Positions 15,743 through 30,828 of a DNA stretch of 64,000 nt are shown here, piece after piece. Both the position numbers and the translations under genes were made by a program. Location: positions 10,540,001 through 10,604,000 of the forward strand of contig OX597825.1 in NCBI GenBank assembly GCA_951406725.2, in the 5' to 3' direction. The stretch's first letter is position 1. Each line of letters opens with the position of its first letter. The stretch is from Octopus vulgaris. Its lineage: Eukaryota. The notes under the pieces are model-generated. The model saw only the letters and a list, made by a program, of their open reading frames with translations, searched no databases and was not told where the DNA came from.

Positions 15743-16218
<476 letters not shown>

Positions 16219-16804
16219 TATACATATATATATATTTGTATGTATGTATGTATACATGTATGTATGTATGTGCGCGTATATGGTTGAATGTGTATGGGGG
16301 TGGACATAGAAATTATATTAGAATCATTAGGCGGCGAAAGGAAACAAATCGCAGCATCAAAACTTATGTGAAATGCTTTTCAAGACGTTCTTAGACAAGC
16401 GTTTCAGAAAGAAGACAATGATGATCCAAAGAGAATAAAGAAGCCAAACCAATTAAATCTATGATAATAATTGATCATTAAAGCCTACTTCTCATTTTGC
16501 TGAATTTTAATTGCTTTTTATGTAGATGTTTACGTAAACTCTAATTTGTATTTCTCTCAACTGTAAGAGTAGCATATGTACGTAACTATATAGTCATATA
16601 ATTTCAAGTGTGTGTGTAAATATACTTATAAAGACATGTGTGCATATATATATATAATATAGGTATACATACAATGTATATATATATAATATACAGATGT
16701 ATAAATCTATATACAATATAGAGAGAGACACTCACATATATGTATATATAAAGTTAAGTATATATATATATTTATACCCATATGTATATATATATATATA
16801 AATG

Positions 16805-16839
<35 letters not shown>

Positions 16840-16841
<2 letters not shown>

Positions 16842-17334
16842 AATACCAAAAGTGAGACAAGAAAACAACGCAAAAGATCCAGACAGTTAGATGATACAAA
16901 AAAGGGACAACAACACATCCAGACAGACGATACAAAAAAAAACAAGAACGGGTCATTCGAAGTTTCCTTTCTTCAGTCGAGTTCCAGATTATCGTTGCAA
17001 TTTCGGCTGGTTATACTCGAGATTTCTCCAAACTGGCAAGCCCCAAGGAAAAACTAAGCTAAGATCGCTATGTTCCTTGGAAGAAAGCAGCGAATGTATA
17101 CGAAAACAAGGACGAAAAAAACACGGAGAAATGGTACACAAATACAAATGCAAATAAAAGACAATAACAACAGGTGTCTTTCGACTAAGGACGAATTAAA
17201 TTAAGCTGGCGTGTGTGAAAGTGAAGTCTTACGGCAGGGACATAAGTGATGACAGGCACAGTCGAACCAAGAAAGAAATGTCAGGCCTGGCCGAACACCG
17301 ATCACGTGGAGAGAGAAGCGAGAGAGGTAGAGGC

Positions 17335-17335
<1 letters not shown>
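16840..17335 (-). mobile_element. (TA)n-flanked insertion, probably another PLE 3' fragment
   Basis: Sharp (TA)n boundaries and a T-rich minus-strand tail like the other PLE ends. No complete hammerhead was found. Confidence 0.4.
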
Positions 17336-17400
<65 letters not shown>

Positions 17401-17443
17401 ATAAAATTTCCATGTTTCCATGGAAAATATGATAGACAGACAG

Positions 17444-17578
<135 letters not shown>

Positions 17579-17794
17579 CTTTGGAATCAGGAATGGAAGT
17601 CAATAATAGAGGAAGCAAAAAGCGACAAGAAGTGAAGAAAGCTTGAATGACAGAAATATTCTCATGCATTTGAAAGAACGGTCAATTAGATGTAATTATT
17701 CAGGCTGGAAAATATTGCCTGAAAGCAGCAAAACAAAAATGCTCTGGTATTCTACAGAACGTAATTCTAATAATGAACCATTGTGTGTGTGTGC

Positions 17795-17833
<39 letters not shown>

Positions 17834-18984
17834 TGTTGAGATTTTCACTGTGATGATATATAAGAGAAAGATCTGTTTTTGCTGGGTTTTTAAATATTGA
17901 CACAAGGCCAGCAACTTAAGGGGGTGCGGTAAGTCACTTATATTGACCCCCAATACTTGAATGATACTTTATTTAATCGATCCAGAAAGGATGACGAGCA
18001 CAGTCGACCTCGGCGGAATTTGAACTCAGAACGTTAGGAGCCACAAGAAATACTGCTAAACATTTTGTCCGGCGCGCTATCGATTTTGCCAATTCGCCAC
18101 CTTTTCTTTTACAAATAATATTGGTTTCAAATTTTGGCAGAAGCCCAGTAATTTCGAGGTAAGTCGATTACAACGATCCCTGTACTCAGCTGGTACTTAT
18201 TTTATCGATCTCGAAAAGATGAAAAGCAAAGTCGTTCTGTGCGGAATTTGAGCTCGGAATATGAAGACGGACGAAAAGCCTGTAATCCTTTTGTCCGGCA
18301 TGCTACAATTCTACTGGATCGCCACCTTTTCTTTTACTGATAATATTACCATTTACTCTAAGGCGGCGAGCTCACAGAATTATTACTGTTGTTGCTGATG
18401 TGGTTGTTGTTTAGTCGTAGGCCAAAACTAATCCAGAAAACTTGCAGCCAAAAGTATTCCAACCTTCACCAGTCTTTTCTGTAATTCAGAAACAGTGTAT
18501 CTTCAACTACATTATCTGATGTGTTAAAAAGATTATAATGATTGACATATGGAAAATTTGGCCGTTATTTCTAGTTTGTCGATTGACTGCACAGAGGCTT
18601 CCTCGTTGGTAGTTGTCCATTTAAAATAGCTTGATTGATATCCTATTCAGTATCATAATTATTCGATTGTTATCTCTGGTTATATCGGTTTTTAGCATTT
18701 TGTTTAAGAGCGCCAAGAGATTGATATCTCGACGATCAACAATGGCTTGCAACAACACACAGCCTCGAGTCATATGGTTTAGTAATCATTATTTGAGTGA
18801 CAAATTCAGTAACCGAAGAGAGGGGCAAGTGAGGAATAGAATAGATCTGCAATAACTACATATCGTCAGTGGAGCGAATCGGACTAATGGAAAGTACAAT
18901 AATCTAAAAGAAACATTCAACCTGACAATGTTGCTAACCCTACAAGATGGCAGTCAAATGTATTGACAAGGGAGATAATTAATA

Positions 18985-19556
18985 ATTTATTATAGAAAAT
19001 CCGTTCTGCCTGTCTGTGTGTGTGTCTTCTAGGATCTCGGGCATCCTCCATCCGATTGCGCTCAAATTTGATATGTAGATACCAACGGTATCAGGGCGTC
19101 TTGGAAAAATTACAAAAATCGATTCCAGAGGGCATGCATCGTTTTTGTTCAGCTTTTCTTCCGTCAACCTGTACATAGCTGCACCTTCCATATTTTGTTT
19201 TTGTACTGCTTAAAGGCACGTTTCTTTCCTGCCAAGCTTACTGTTTAAACCATGTTTGTGTTCTCCCAGTCAACAACCTTATCATTACTGGTACTTTAAA
19301 CTCTTCGGTTGCATATTTGTGTGAATAAAATCGTTTTTCTTTGGAATAGAAAAAAAGTCTATCTTTATTTCTTCTTTTGCTGATGTCTCAAATTTAGGTT
19401 AAATCAGTGTTTCTAAAAGGGGAGGCCTATGGGACGGTCGGACAAGTTGTTTTGAGAAAATTTGGTTTAAATATTTGTCAACTCAGCACCGTCCATTGGA
19501 CGGGGGGGGGGCGTTTTGTTCGTGTGACTATATTTCACTCTTAAGGGATAAACTAG
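18985..19556 (+). mobile_element. Possible non-autonomous Helitron/Helentron-like remnant
   Basis: TATTATAGAAAA..CTGTCTGTGTG..CCGATTGCGCTCAAATTTG 5' block, with CTAG near 19553. The resemblance is from memory only. Confidence 0.4.
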
Positions 19557-19873
19557 AATCTAATTAAGGGGCGAAAATATTGATTTCTAACATGGTCACA
19601 CGGTTTTTCAATCTGGTTACTGTATAATGGGAAAGGGAGTGCAAGCATGACTGAGTCGTTAAGTAATTTGCTTCGCAACATCACTCTTAGCCCTGTCTCA
19701 TTGTGTAGCTTCTTAAGCAAGTTTTTTTTCTACTACAGCTTCAATTTAACTAAGGATTCGTTAGCGGAATTTGGAAAGCAGAAACTGTTTGGAAGTCCAC
19801 AGCGTGTGCATGTGAGTGTGTGGGATGTATGTATTAGTTTAGTGCATGCGTGCGTGTGTGTGTGTGTGTGTAT

Positions 19874-19932
<59 letters not shown>

Positions 19933-20935
19933 ACAGATGAACGAAAAATCACCTGTTGATATTTATTACCTAGCAATGATCCGGTAATGAATCAGCCGAG
20001 AATACTGGAAAAGGTAAAAGAGATAAATACATGCTAGTAATAGCAGCTTAATCTCCCTCGAATCCTACCGCCATGAAACAGAAAGGACACACAGGATATC
20101 ATAGTCCTAAGTATTTTATCGACCCCACATCACCTTCAAAGAAACGAAAGTTGAGATCCATCGTAATTATATTTCAGCACAGAAACGAAATTAAATATTG
20201 TAAGATGTTCGATCGACTCCTCTGACACTCCTATATCTTTGCCGAGCGTTACGTCAAAGACATACGTGATCATGCACGCGCACGCGCATACACACCCACA
20301 CACACACACACACATGCACGAACACACACACCACACCTACACTGTTATCAAACACTACACAATACATTGGTTTCGAATTTTGGCACAAGGCCGGCAAAAG
20401 AGACCGATAGAATAGGTACCAAACTTGAAAACAGGTACCGGAGTCGATTTGTTCGACTAGAACATTCTAGGTGGTGCCCCAGCATGGCCGGTGACTGAAA
20501 CAAGTAAAAGACTAAATACGAAATATAAAGAATTGTTTATGCCTTCAACAGCAACCACACGAATATCTGCAGCGATGGCAACAAGTCGTAGCATTAACAA
20601 TAAAAACAGAATCAATAATATCAAAGAGAAATAGTAAAGCAAACATCTTCAACATTGATGATAGTTGTACCGAGAGCAACATTGGCTAAATTGATGCCAC
20701 AAATACTTTGATTTCTATATTGATGCTCCTCATACACAGGCAATCAATACAAAGGGAGTGCAGCATTGTTCCAGATCAAAACAGGTCATACTTTCAATGC
20801 AAGACCCATGACTTGCTTGGAGTGATCCAGGTTCGTAAAGACTTCGACGTCATACAGACTACACTGGATAGAGTTGATTGAAGTTATTCAACAAAAACAA
20901 CAACAGTAACAATATAATGAGAAACACCTATGATG

Positions 20936-21004
<69 letters not shown>

Positions 21005-21028
21005 GTAGTAGTAGTAATAGTAATAATA

Positions 21029-21101
<73 letters not shown>

Positions 21102-21391
21102 TAAATGCCGTAATGCAGTTCCAGTTAGTGGCTCGCATGGCTTCTGAACGTAACTGATTGGAAGTGTTAACGTGTACATATATATATATATGTGTGTGTG
21201 TGTGTACGTGTGTGTGTGTGTGTGTGCGTTTGTGTGCGTGTGTGTGTGTGTGTGTGTGTTTGTGTGTGTGTATGTGTGTGTATGTGTATGTGTATGTGTG
21301 TGTGTATGTGTGTGTGTGTGTGTGTGTGTATGTGTGTGTATGTGTGTGTGGGTATGTGTGTGTGTGTATGTGTGTGTGTATGTATGTGTGT

Positions 21392-21432
<41 letters not shown>

Positions 21433-22333
21433 TGTATGTGTGTATGTTTCCTTGTGTATGTGTTTGACTAAAGTCTGCAGGACGGTGCCCCAGCATGGCC
21501 GCAGTTTAATGACTGAAACAAAATAAAAGATAAAAAATATAAAAGACACACACACACACGTACGAATACATATACGACGGGCTTCCACACAGTTTCCATC
21601 TACCAAATTCACTCAGAAGGTTTTGGTCGGCCCCGGTTCCACAGCAGAAGTCAGTTGCTGCAGGTGCCACGCAGAAGTGAACCCGAAACTACGTAGTTGC
21701 ACAGTGAGTTTCTTAACCACCCATCCATGCCTGCGAGAATGTTTCTTGCCAGACTGGAGCACGATGCGAATGTAGAGGCTGAAGCATGACTTTTAATATC
21801 CGACCAGAACTAACATCTTAGAGGCACCTCTTCCACTGACATAAATTCTCACCAAGCCAACATGTGACATTATGCAAGGTCTCTCAACTTGCTAGAAATA
21901 GCTGCTAAATTTCACAACAGTCACATCTCACTGTCTTGAAAAAAAGAGGAGCTGATATTTTGGATACCGTAGTCTTAGTCTGAGTAAAAAAAAAAACGGG
22001 ATGGTCACGACTGGGATACCTTTGATTACAGATTAACTCGACCAAGTCAAACCATCTAGAACAGTGGTTCTCAGCTGGGGTCCACATAACTATTGGTGGT
22101 CCATATAATCCTTAGCGGTCCATATAACCCTTGGGGAAACCATGTAAGATTTTGTTATTATAATTTATGATAATTTATTATAATTTATGAGAATAAATTA
22201 TGATTAATAAATTCTACAATACACAAAGTATTTTAACAATTTTTTTTTTATACGTGGCTTGGTGAGTAGGGTGTTGGACTCATGATCGTAAGATTGTGGT
22301 TTCGATTCCTGGATCGGGCAACGTGTTGTGTTC

Positions 22334-22547
22334 CGTATCATGAAAATTGTTCGAAAACAATTATTCGAAAAACAGTTATTCGAAATAAATACCATTTGTG
22401 TACTTGATCTTTTAATTTTATCATTTTTGTTTAAATAAAATAAAAAATTTTGTACAATTGTCCTTTTGAATAATTTTCATTCGTACAATTTTCCATTTGA
22501 AAAAATGTTTTTCGAACAGTTGTTTTCGAATAATGTTCACATAAACG
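22334..22547. mobile_element. MITE inserted into a family C SINE
   Basis: Imperfect ~40-bp TIRs rich in TTCGAAAA, with an 8-bp TSD TTGTGTTC (22326-22333 and 22548-22555). Confidence 0.8.
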
Positions 22548-22756
22548 TTGTGTTCTTGAACAAAACACTTCTTTTCACGTTGCTCCAGTCCACTCAGCTG
22601 GCAAAAATGAGTATTTCCTGCAATGGACCGGTGTCCCATCCTCCGGGGCAGGGGAATATATGCGCCATGGAAACTTGAAACCGACACTATGAGTCTATGT
22701 AACTCGCGAAGGGTCTTTACCGTTTATCCTATAAATATATAATAGAGTTTTTTTAA

Positions 22757-22975
22757 CCCCTTAGCATTTAAACAAGTGATATCCGACCAAAATATTCTGC
22801 ATGTTTTATATTCATATCAGCCAGATCCAGCCTCTCACACCTACCCTACAATGTAATTCTAAAAATATACAATCACATCATTGAAATCTCAAAGCCTGAG
22901 GTAATGTATGCTTAATTCAAAGCAACGTGAACAGATAAGCATTATATTTGACAGAGAAATCTGAACGCTAAAGGA
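22757..22975. mobile_element. Decayed piggyBac-like MITE
   Basis: TTAA|CCCCTTAGCATT at left and AACGCTAAAGG at right; the right TTAA is not preserved. Confidence 0.4.
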
Positions 22976-23843
22976 CCAAACATCGAATGGATAACAGAAT
23001 CCAGTAGAGTACAACAGGAATAAAAGGAGTACGTGAGCATAAAATGGTTCTGAGCTACTGATCTAGAACATCAACGACCTAGCTATGACATCATATCCCA
23101 GCATTTATATTCGTATTGCCTACCTGCCAATCAAACTACTTCTAAATTACCTTATATTCACCTTGAAGGTGAATATAAGTTAGGGAGTTTTAATTGAATG
23201 TCTTTATGAATTGTCGCTCCAGAATAAAGGTCACCTTGTCTCATCGATAAAGTTGATAAATCTCGTGTATATATGTAATCGAATGTCGTGAATTAAAGTG
23301 AAAACTTGGCGAGGTAAAATGAAAATTTATTTGTTTTCCTTAATTGATCGCAAATTAAAATTAAGACAGTGTTGGCAATGGAGAGACAAAATCAATGATT
23401 GTTTAGTTTATACTATATAGCAGTTGGTGAAGAATAGCGTCGTTACAGGTTTCTAACTGGTCAATTAGTGGTTCACTGAATATCTGACAGCAAGAGTAAT
23501 AAGGGATTATCTAGCAGTATTTCGTCCGTCTTTACAGTCTGAGTTCGAGTTCGAGTTCTGACGTGGTCCGCTTTGCCTTTCATCATTTTGGAATCAATAG
23601 AATAAGTACCAGTGTAATCGCCTGGTCTCGTCCTTCAAAATCTCAGGTTTTGTCCCCATAATAGAAAATAATTAGTGAGTTTACGTTTATTGTTAACGAG
23701 TGTGATAGTTTTGTCACTCTATGTGGCGTATGTCATCTTTAATTACTTCAATTTTTCTCTAAAGAAGAAACTAATTTCTGTCAGAGGCGTAAAGTTCCAT
23801 CACTAGAATTTAAAAGCAATAACAGTTATGAGTTGAATTTTGG

Positions 23844-24120
23844 GGTATTCTTTCGATATAACTCAACAAAATCAAAACATTTCACTCTGGGTATTTCCGT
23901 GGAAGCAAATGACAGTTCGATTCTGTTTTCTATTTGGAAATTTGCGGATTTTACACACATACACATGGAACAGGTAAGAACAAATATGCAAGGCTTTTTT
24001 TTCTTCAAGTTAAAGATCAGACATTGCTGGCATAATTTCATTATATCTATTACTCCACAACCCACGGAAATACCCAAAGTGAAATCTTTTGATTTTGTCC
24101 GGTTATATCGAAAGAATGCC
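23844..24120. mobile_element. MITE/fold-back element with ~59-bp terminal inverted repeats
   Basis: 23844-23902 matches the reverse complement of 24062-24120 with about 6 mismatches. Confidence 0.75.
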
Positions 24121-24552
24121 AATTTATGAAATGCGTGGCGCATTTTTTACTTTCCACCTACACATGAATTTGTAAAGTAACTATAAGCTATAAGCTTGTC
24201 ACTTTCTCCGACAGAAAGCACCAGCTTCTACAAATTACCATATAGAAATTTATTAACATAACCAGCTATTTATATATGTATGTATATACGTGATGATAGA
24301 CAGACAGATAGATAAATAGATAGATAGATACATACATACATACATACATACATACATACATACATACATACATACATACATACATACATTCATGGACGGA
24401 CAGACAGACAGATACATACATAAACACACATACAAACACACACATACATAAATACATACATACGTACGAAAGTACGTACGTACGTACACACATACCTACA
24501 TATACTTACTTGCTTACATACATACTTAAATACATAGACAATCAGATAGATC

Positions 24553-24722
<170 letters not shown>

Positions 24723-25036
24723 ACTGAAATATTCGATAGGGGAGATCCTTGATCTCTGGAAAAAAGAAACCTATGAAATTATTGAAATATTGATCGGGTT
24801 CAGTGAGTTCAAGAGAATCGGTTTGACTCTCTGGTTCTGTTGATTATTAGCTTAATTGATCTTTCAAAGGTGAAGAATTCTCTCTTATATTCATTAAATG
24901 TTTAATAGAGACGAAATAGCCTCTAAACAAGGAGGAAATGTCTTTGACAGTTCCTGGTAGTTGATGTCAAGCTTGCTCTGTAAGAAGACCTATCCACACG
25001 AACTAGCACACACACGGATATACATATATATGTAGT

Positions 25037-25086
<50 letters not shown>

Positions 25087-25207
25087 TTCACAAAATATAC
25101 ATAATTTGTATTGCTATACATGTATGTGTGTTTCACTTGTGTGTGTGTATGTGTGTATGTGTATATATGTGTGTATGTATGTATATATGTAATTATATAT
25201 GTGCGTG

Positions 25208-25300
<93 letters not shown>

Positions 25301-27130
25301 AGTATATATATGAATATATATATATATGAATGTATGCATATATATGTATATGTGTATATGTATATTGTATATGCATATATATATATATATATATATACAC
25401 ATACATATATACATATATACATATACATACATATACAATATGTATATGTATGCATATATACATATATATATATATATATAGCTAGATAGATAGATAGATA
25501 CATACATACATACATACATACATACATACATACATACATACATACATACATACATACATACGTCTGTGTGTGTGTGTGTAATAAATATATATTTGTTTGC
25601 CTGTGTCTGTGCTGGCAAATGTCAGTGTGTGTGTATATGTCTGTGTGTACATGTTCCTATGTGTCTGTATCTGTATGTGATTGTATCTGTATGTGATTGT
25701 ATACGTATGTGAACGCTTATGTAAGTAAAAGACTACTTTTAACTAATAACGGAAATGTTAAGTTTGAAAGGTTTTAATATTCTCAATTCTTCATTTCATT
25801 GTGTCCGTGAGCCAAACACTCTACTTACTTCCTCTTTCACAAATAATATTATTTCAGGCTGTTTTTCTTTTGTTTTCAGTTTCTTTTCTGTAAAGTTAAT
25901 ACAATTCTTTGTTCCATTTCTCTCACAATAGAAAGTAAAAACCGCATATCACACCGTTAAAGTATCATAATGTATGTTTTTAGCTATTGTACTTGTTGCG
26001 ACATTCATGTATTTTTATTGCCTTGATTTTTATTTTCTTGTGTTTATATTAGTTGTACATATTGTTGTTGTTGTTGTTGTTGTTGCTGTTGCTGTTGCTG
26101 CTGCTGTTGTTGTTGTTGTTGTTGTTGTTGTGTAAGCAATATAATTCTGATATGTGCAAAATGGTTCCAATAAAAGATTTCAATTCGTTTATGTGCAGCA
26201 ACATTTCTAGTTGTGTGACAGGGATAAGAAATACTAGGAATATAAGAAATATTCGTGTTTAAATCTATCTCTGATTTATGCTTAAATCACAGGGATAACT
26301 TGTAAATAATTCATAGAGGTGGTGAAGGAATTGAAATAGACTTAAGACAATAGAATTACTTTAATGGGTGGCCCTTCTCGAAATATACGGGGCTGGATAT
26401 TCCTACACATGTGCGTGGGGGTTAGTGTAATCTGTGTGTGTGTATGTGTGTGTGTGTGCGTGCGTGTGCGTGTCTGTGTATGTGTGTGAATCGTTGAAAC
26501 AATATTTCTCATGGTAAAAAATATTATTTTTTAGAAAAGTTCATGGAAATATAGAAAAAAATAAATATTATCCCAGAGTATTGATACATACAATATAAAA
26601 TACCTTATGCCTTAAAATCTATTTAGCAGAATAAAACCCATCACACACACACACATGACGCAGAAGCATCTCAGGAGAGATATTTTAATGCCCTACGAAG
26701 GCATTTAAACATAAAGTGCTATATACACGTGACGGTTGTGTACATGCGCGCTCTTTTTCTCCGTTTTCTTTCTTTGTTGTATATTTTTACACCATATATA
26801 TGTGTGTGTGTGTTTGTGTGTGGGCGTTCGTGTGTGTGTGAGTGCGTGTTTGATTGTCTATCTGTAGGTATGTATATATGTATATTCAATTATTCTAATC
26901 CACTTGTCGCTACATACATGTTATATCGCACAAAATTTATGTTTGTTAACCACTTTATCTAAGTTTCTACTTTGGAGGTATATTCCTGGTATATTTTAAA
27001 AGCGTATTAAATATGTGTGTATACAAATATTTATGGTACTTGAGTGACTCTGTGGCAAGACATTTGTTTCCTAACATCATGGTGCCGTTCAGTCCCGGAT
27101 TTGGTAGACGGAAACAACAAGAAGCTTGTC

Positions 27131-27169
<39 letters not shown>

Positions 27170-27172
<3 letters not shown>

Positions 27173-27367
27173 TTAGCTCCTACACGCATTTTTTTTCTCT
27201 CCTTGTTTCTCTCCTTGTTTTTATTCTGTGTATCTTTCTGCCGAAGAGCGTAGGCTCGAAACGTAAAAGACTTGTTCTATTTCTATTCCTGAGCGCTATA
27301 CTAATACATTTGTTTGTTTGTACTCCACCTGCCTTCGTCTTTTGTTTATTTTCGTAAACCTTCCCGT
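27170..27367 (+). mobile_element. Solo PLE 3'-end (pseudo-LTR) fragment between (TA)n tracts
   Basis: Same family terminus as 31860-32087, ending CTTCCCGT-(TA)n. Confidence 0.7.
27233..27270 (+). ncRNA. Minimal hammerhead-like motif, A6C variant
   Basis: TCTTT-CTGCCGA-A-GAGC-GTAG-GCTC-GAAA-CG-TA-AAAGA. Confidence 0.65.
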
Positions 27368-27404
27368 TATATATATATATATATTTTCCTACCCAGTATA
27401 TTTT

Positions 27405-27511
<107 letters not shown>

Positions 27512-27798
27512 AAAAATATACAGTGTAGGAAAATTTTAGAATTTTTTCTAGCAGTGGACTAGCATGCATAAAATAGTCAATAGACTATATATTATTCATA
27601 TAAAATTAGTGTACATTTAAACACGTAAGAGGTGCCCTGACAGGACACCTAACATGCTAGGAGGACCAGTCAAAATCCAAACCACGATTAGAGGTAATTT
27701 CGAAGGGAATAAAAAATAAAAACATTTACCATATTTTGTTACTGAACCATGGTTTCGAATTTTAATTAGCAAATAAAATAATATATAATATATATATA

Positions 27799-28035
27799 CA
27801 GGGTGGCCCAAAAGCAGGTTTACAGTAATTCAACTAATTCTTTTGCATTCTTATATTAACAATTCAGATTTTAACTATAAAAAAAAATATGAAACCATTA
27901 TTCTATGCTAATTTAGTGAATTTTGTCAAGCTCCCTTTTCAGTCTGTAAGATAGAAATTTAAATGTAATAAAATGTTTTAAAAGAAATTGTAAGTGCCTA
28001 CATGATAACTGTACACATACTTTTGGGCCACCCTG
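27799..28035. mobile_element. Tc1/mariner-type MITE
   Basis: TA|CAGGGTGGCCCAAAAG..CTTTTGGGCCACCCTG|TA. Confidence 0.85.
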
Positions 28036-28058
28036 TATTCATTTATATATACATATAT

Positions 28059-28161
<103 letters not shown>

Positions 28162-29178
28162 TGTATGTATGTATGTATGTATGTATGTATATGGAGGTGT
28201 CTTTGTGTATATGTTTGTCACGCACACCGCTAGAAAACCAGTATTGGTTTGATTACGTCCCCGTAACTTAGCGGTTCAGCAAAAGAAGCCAATAGAATAA
28301 GTACCAGTCTTACAAAATCGTAAGTACTGGAGTCGATTTGTTTGACTAAAATCTTTCAATGTGGCGGCCCAGCATGGCCACAGTCCATTCATTGAAACAA
28401 ATAAAACGTAAAGGAAAGAGATCTAGGAGTGCATTATCAAAAGTGTTATTCTCCATTTTTCATAAGATACCGGCATGTAGTCTGAGTGAGATTTAGCCAT
28501 TATTTCTAGCAGATCATACGGCCACAGAGAGACTCCAGAATTGGTCTGTATAATTCACCAATGTTTTGTTACCTTGCTGTACTATGTTGAAGTTCTACTG
28601 TGTGTCTGGGGAATGCAAAATAAAATCGATTCATTTCAGCGAGTTTTTCTAATGGACTGATCATGTCGGTGATTATAGACTGCATGTAATAATTAATACA
28701 ATGCTTAACAGCCGAACAAGTTTTAAACTAATCACACACAACTATCTAATATCCGTTGAATGACTGAAACAACTTAAGGAGGTTTAAACCACAATCTCTT
28801 ATGTTTCGACAATTGATTTCAAATCACTTCAATGGTAAATGTTGATATTCAACCCGTGATTCAATTACTAATATAATAATAGTATATAACTAAATAGGAT
28901 TAATTTATTATTTCACTAATTGCTGGCCTTGTGCCCAAATTTGAAACCCAGGAGTGGCTGTGTGGTAAGTAGCTTGCTTACCAACCACATGTGTGTAGAC
29001 AGCCGACAACTGATAAAGGGTCGTTCTCTGAGTTACTTGTCCTGTTTTGCACTTTTTTCTCTCGTTTGCGTATTTAACTCGTTTGTTTTCGTACTTCATG
29101 TTGTTTACACAGTTGGTGACGTCCTGTACCCATATCTATATCTATACCTATATCTATATCTATACCTATATCTATCTA

Positions 29179-29234
<56 letters not shown>

Positions 29235-29249
29235 CTTTTCAGTTATTTG

Positions 29250-29346
29250 ACTTATTCTTTGTAAGCCTAGTGTTTATCGATCTCTTTTGCCGAACCGCTA
29301 AGTTTTGGGGACATAAACACACCAACATCGGTTGTCAAATACACAT

Positions 29347-29394
<48 letters not shown>

Positions 29395-29555
29395 GCGACG
29401 GGATTCTTCCCATTTCCGTCTACCAAATCCACTCACAAGGCTTTGATCGACCCGAGGCAATAGTAGAAGACACTTGCCCAACGTGCCACGCAGTGGAACT
29501 GAACCCGGAACCATGTGGTTGGAAAGCAAGCTTCTTACCATACAGCCACGCCTGT
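29250..29555 (-). mobile_element. SINE family B (internally deleted)
   Basis: Reverse copy of head, core and part of the tail. Confidence 0.75.
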
Positions 29556-29602
29556 GTCTATATATATATATATATAATTAATATAAACACCAGAGAGAGA
29601 GA

Positions 29603-29639
<37 letters not shown>

Positions 29640-29691
29640 GAGAGAGAGAGACCGAGAGAGAGAGACCGAGAGAGAGAGAGAGCGGGTTTTG

Positions 29692-30275
29692 TTTTTATAA
29701 ATGTAAATAACACCGAATCTTCAGATTTGCAGCTCACATTCGAACTCGTGGGTCGACATTTAGATTCATATTATCGTCACTATTGCTGTGCTCTGACCTA
29801 TGATCATAGCGCGGACTCATCACTGCGGTTGGGTTAATCTACTCTGCTACAAAAAGCAGAGGCCCAACTATTTTTTGTCCCAGATCAAACTTGATCCACA
29901 ATACCCACGATCAAAAGTAGTCTTTCTGTTTTTTTTTACAAATCCAGGGCCGGCTGCTTTCAATTCAGGCGTGAGATTGCTCTGTGATAAGAAACCCACT
30001 TTTGCAACCACTTACTTTCGGTTTCAATACCAATGCGCGGCACCTTGGACGTCTTATACTATAAATGAATTTGGTAGATGGATTGTTTGGAAGCCTGCCT
30101 GGTGTGTGTACGCGCGCGTGTGTGTGTGTGTGCGCACGCATCTGCTGCGTCCAAGCTATGATCACAGAACCCAGGGCAGCGATGGTAGCGGTAATATGAA
30201 TCACAATTTCCACCCACCAACTTGAATGTGAGCTGATAACCTGACGACTCGGTATAAAATTGTTTACCGATAAAA
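29692..30275. repeat. Old long inverted repeat (~130-bp arms), likely a decayed MITE/fold-back element
   Basis: 29692-29826 aligns with the reverse complement of 30138-30275 (CAGCTCACATTC, GATTCATATTA and TGATCATAGC blocks). Confidence 0.7.
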
Positions 30276-30828
30276 AAAAGAAAAAAATCTGCACTCGTTG
30301 CCAACAAATGTGCACTAGGTTAATTTCCTCAGTCGTTCCAGCGGAACCGATATTAAGAATCATTATTTAAATATTTATACCATTTAATCTATACTCTTGC
30401 ATCGATACATGGCGGCTAATCACTTAAAGTAGAAGGAACATTGTTTTTATCATTATATTTCACTTATTTTTTTCTCATTTTTTGCTAACCGTAATTTACA
30501 TATTTCTTTTTCCATTTATGTAATTACGAGAAGAAATTGGTTTTGTCAGATGCCGCTTTTAATATACTGAAATGCTAGTCGTTTCTTCATCATTTATATT
30601 TCATTTCTCGCTGTATTTATTACAGACGGTTTTCAAAATGAAACCTTCTTAAAGTGACCTCTTTTTTTCTCCAGGCTGAAAATGTGTATATATATATATA
30701 TAGCAAGGAAAAACGAAATCAATATTAAAGACAATAACAGCGTGTTAACTGAAACTGTGAAAATGATTAAATATACACAATTCATCATCATCATTATCAT
30801 CATTAGCATCATCATTATTATCATCATT

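Larger units (their letters stand above)
13010..15744. mobile_element. Young 5'-truncated Penelope-like retroelement insertion with inverted (head-to-head) duplication of its 3' end, inserted in (TA)n
   Basis: 13163-14186 is the reverse complement of 14719-15744; the only differences I found were three homopolymer-length changes. The spacer is 532 bp, (TA)n tracts abut both outer ends (12974-13009 and 15745-15779), and each arm has GIY-YIG coding sequence plus a hammerhead. Inverted 5'-truncated copies are an established PLE architecture. Confidence 0.92.
22062..23060. mobile_element. hAT-type non-autonomous DNA transposon with nested insertions
   Basis: Begins CAGTGGTTCTCA and ends GGTTCTGAGCTACTG, flanked by an exact 8-bp TSD ATCTAGAA (22054-22061 and 23061-23068). 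Confidence 0.75.

Noticed and set aside
16955-16982. Minus-strand CTGAAGA-AAG-GAAAC
   Set aside because: There is no stem II and no convincing stem I/III pairing, so it was not called as a ribozyme.
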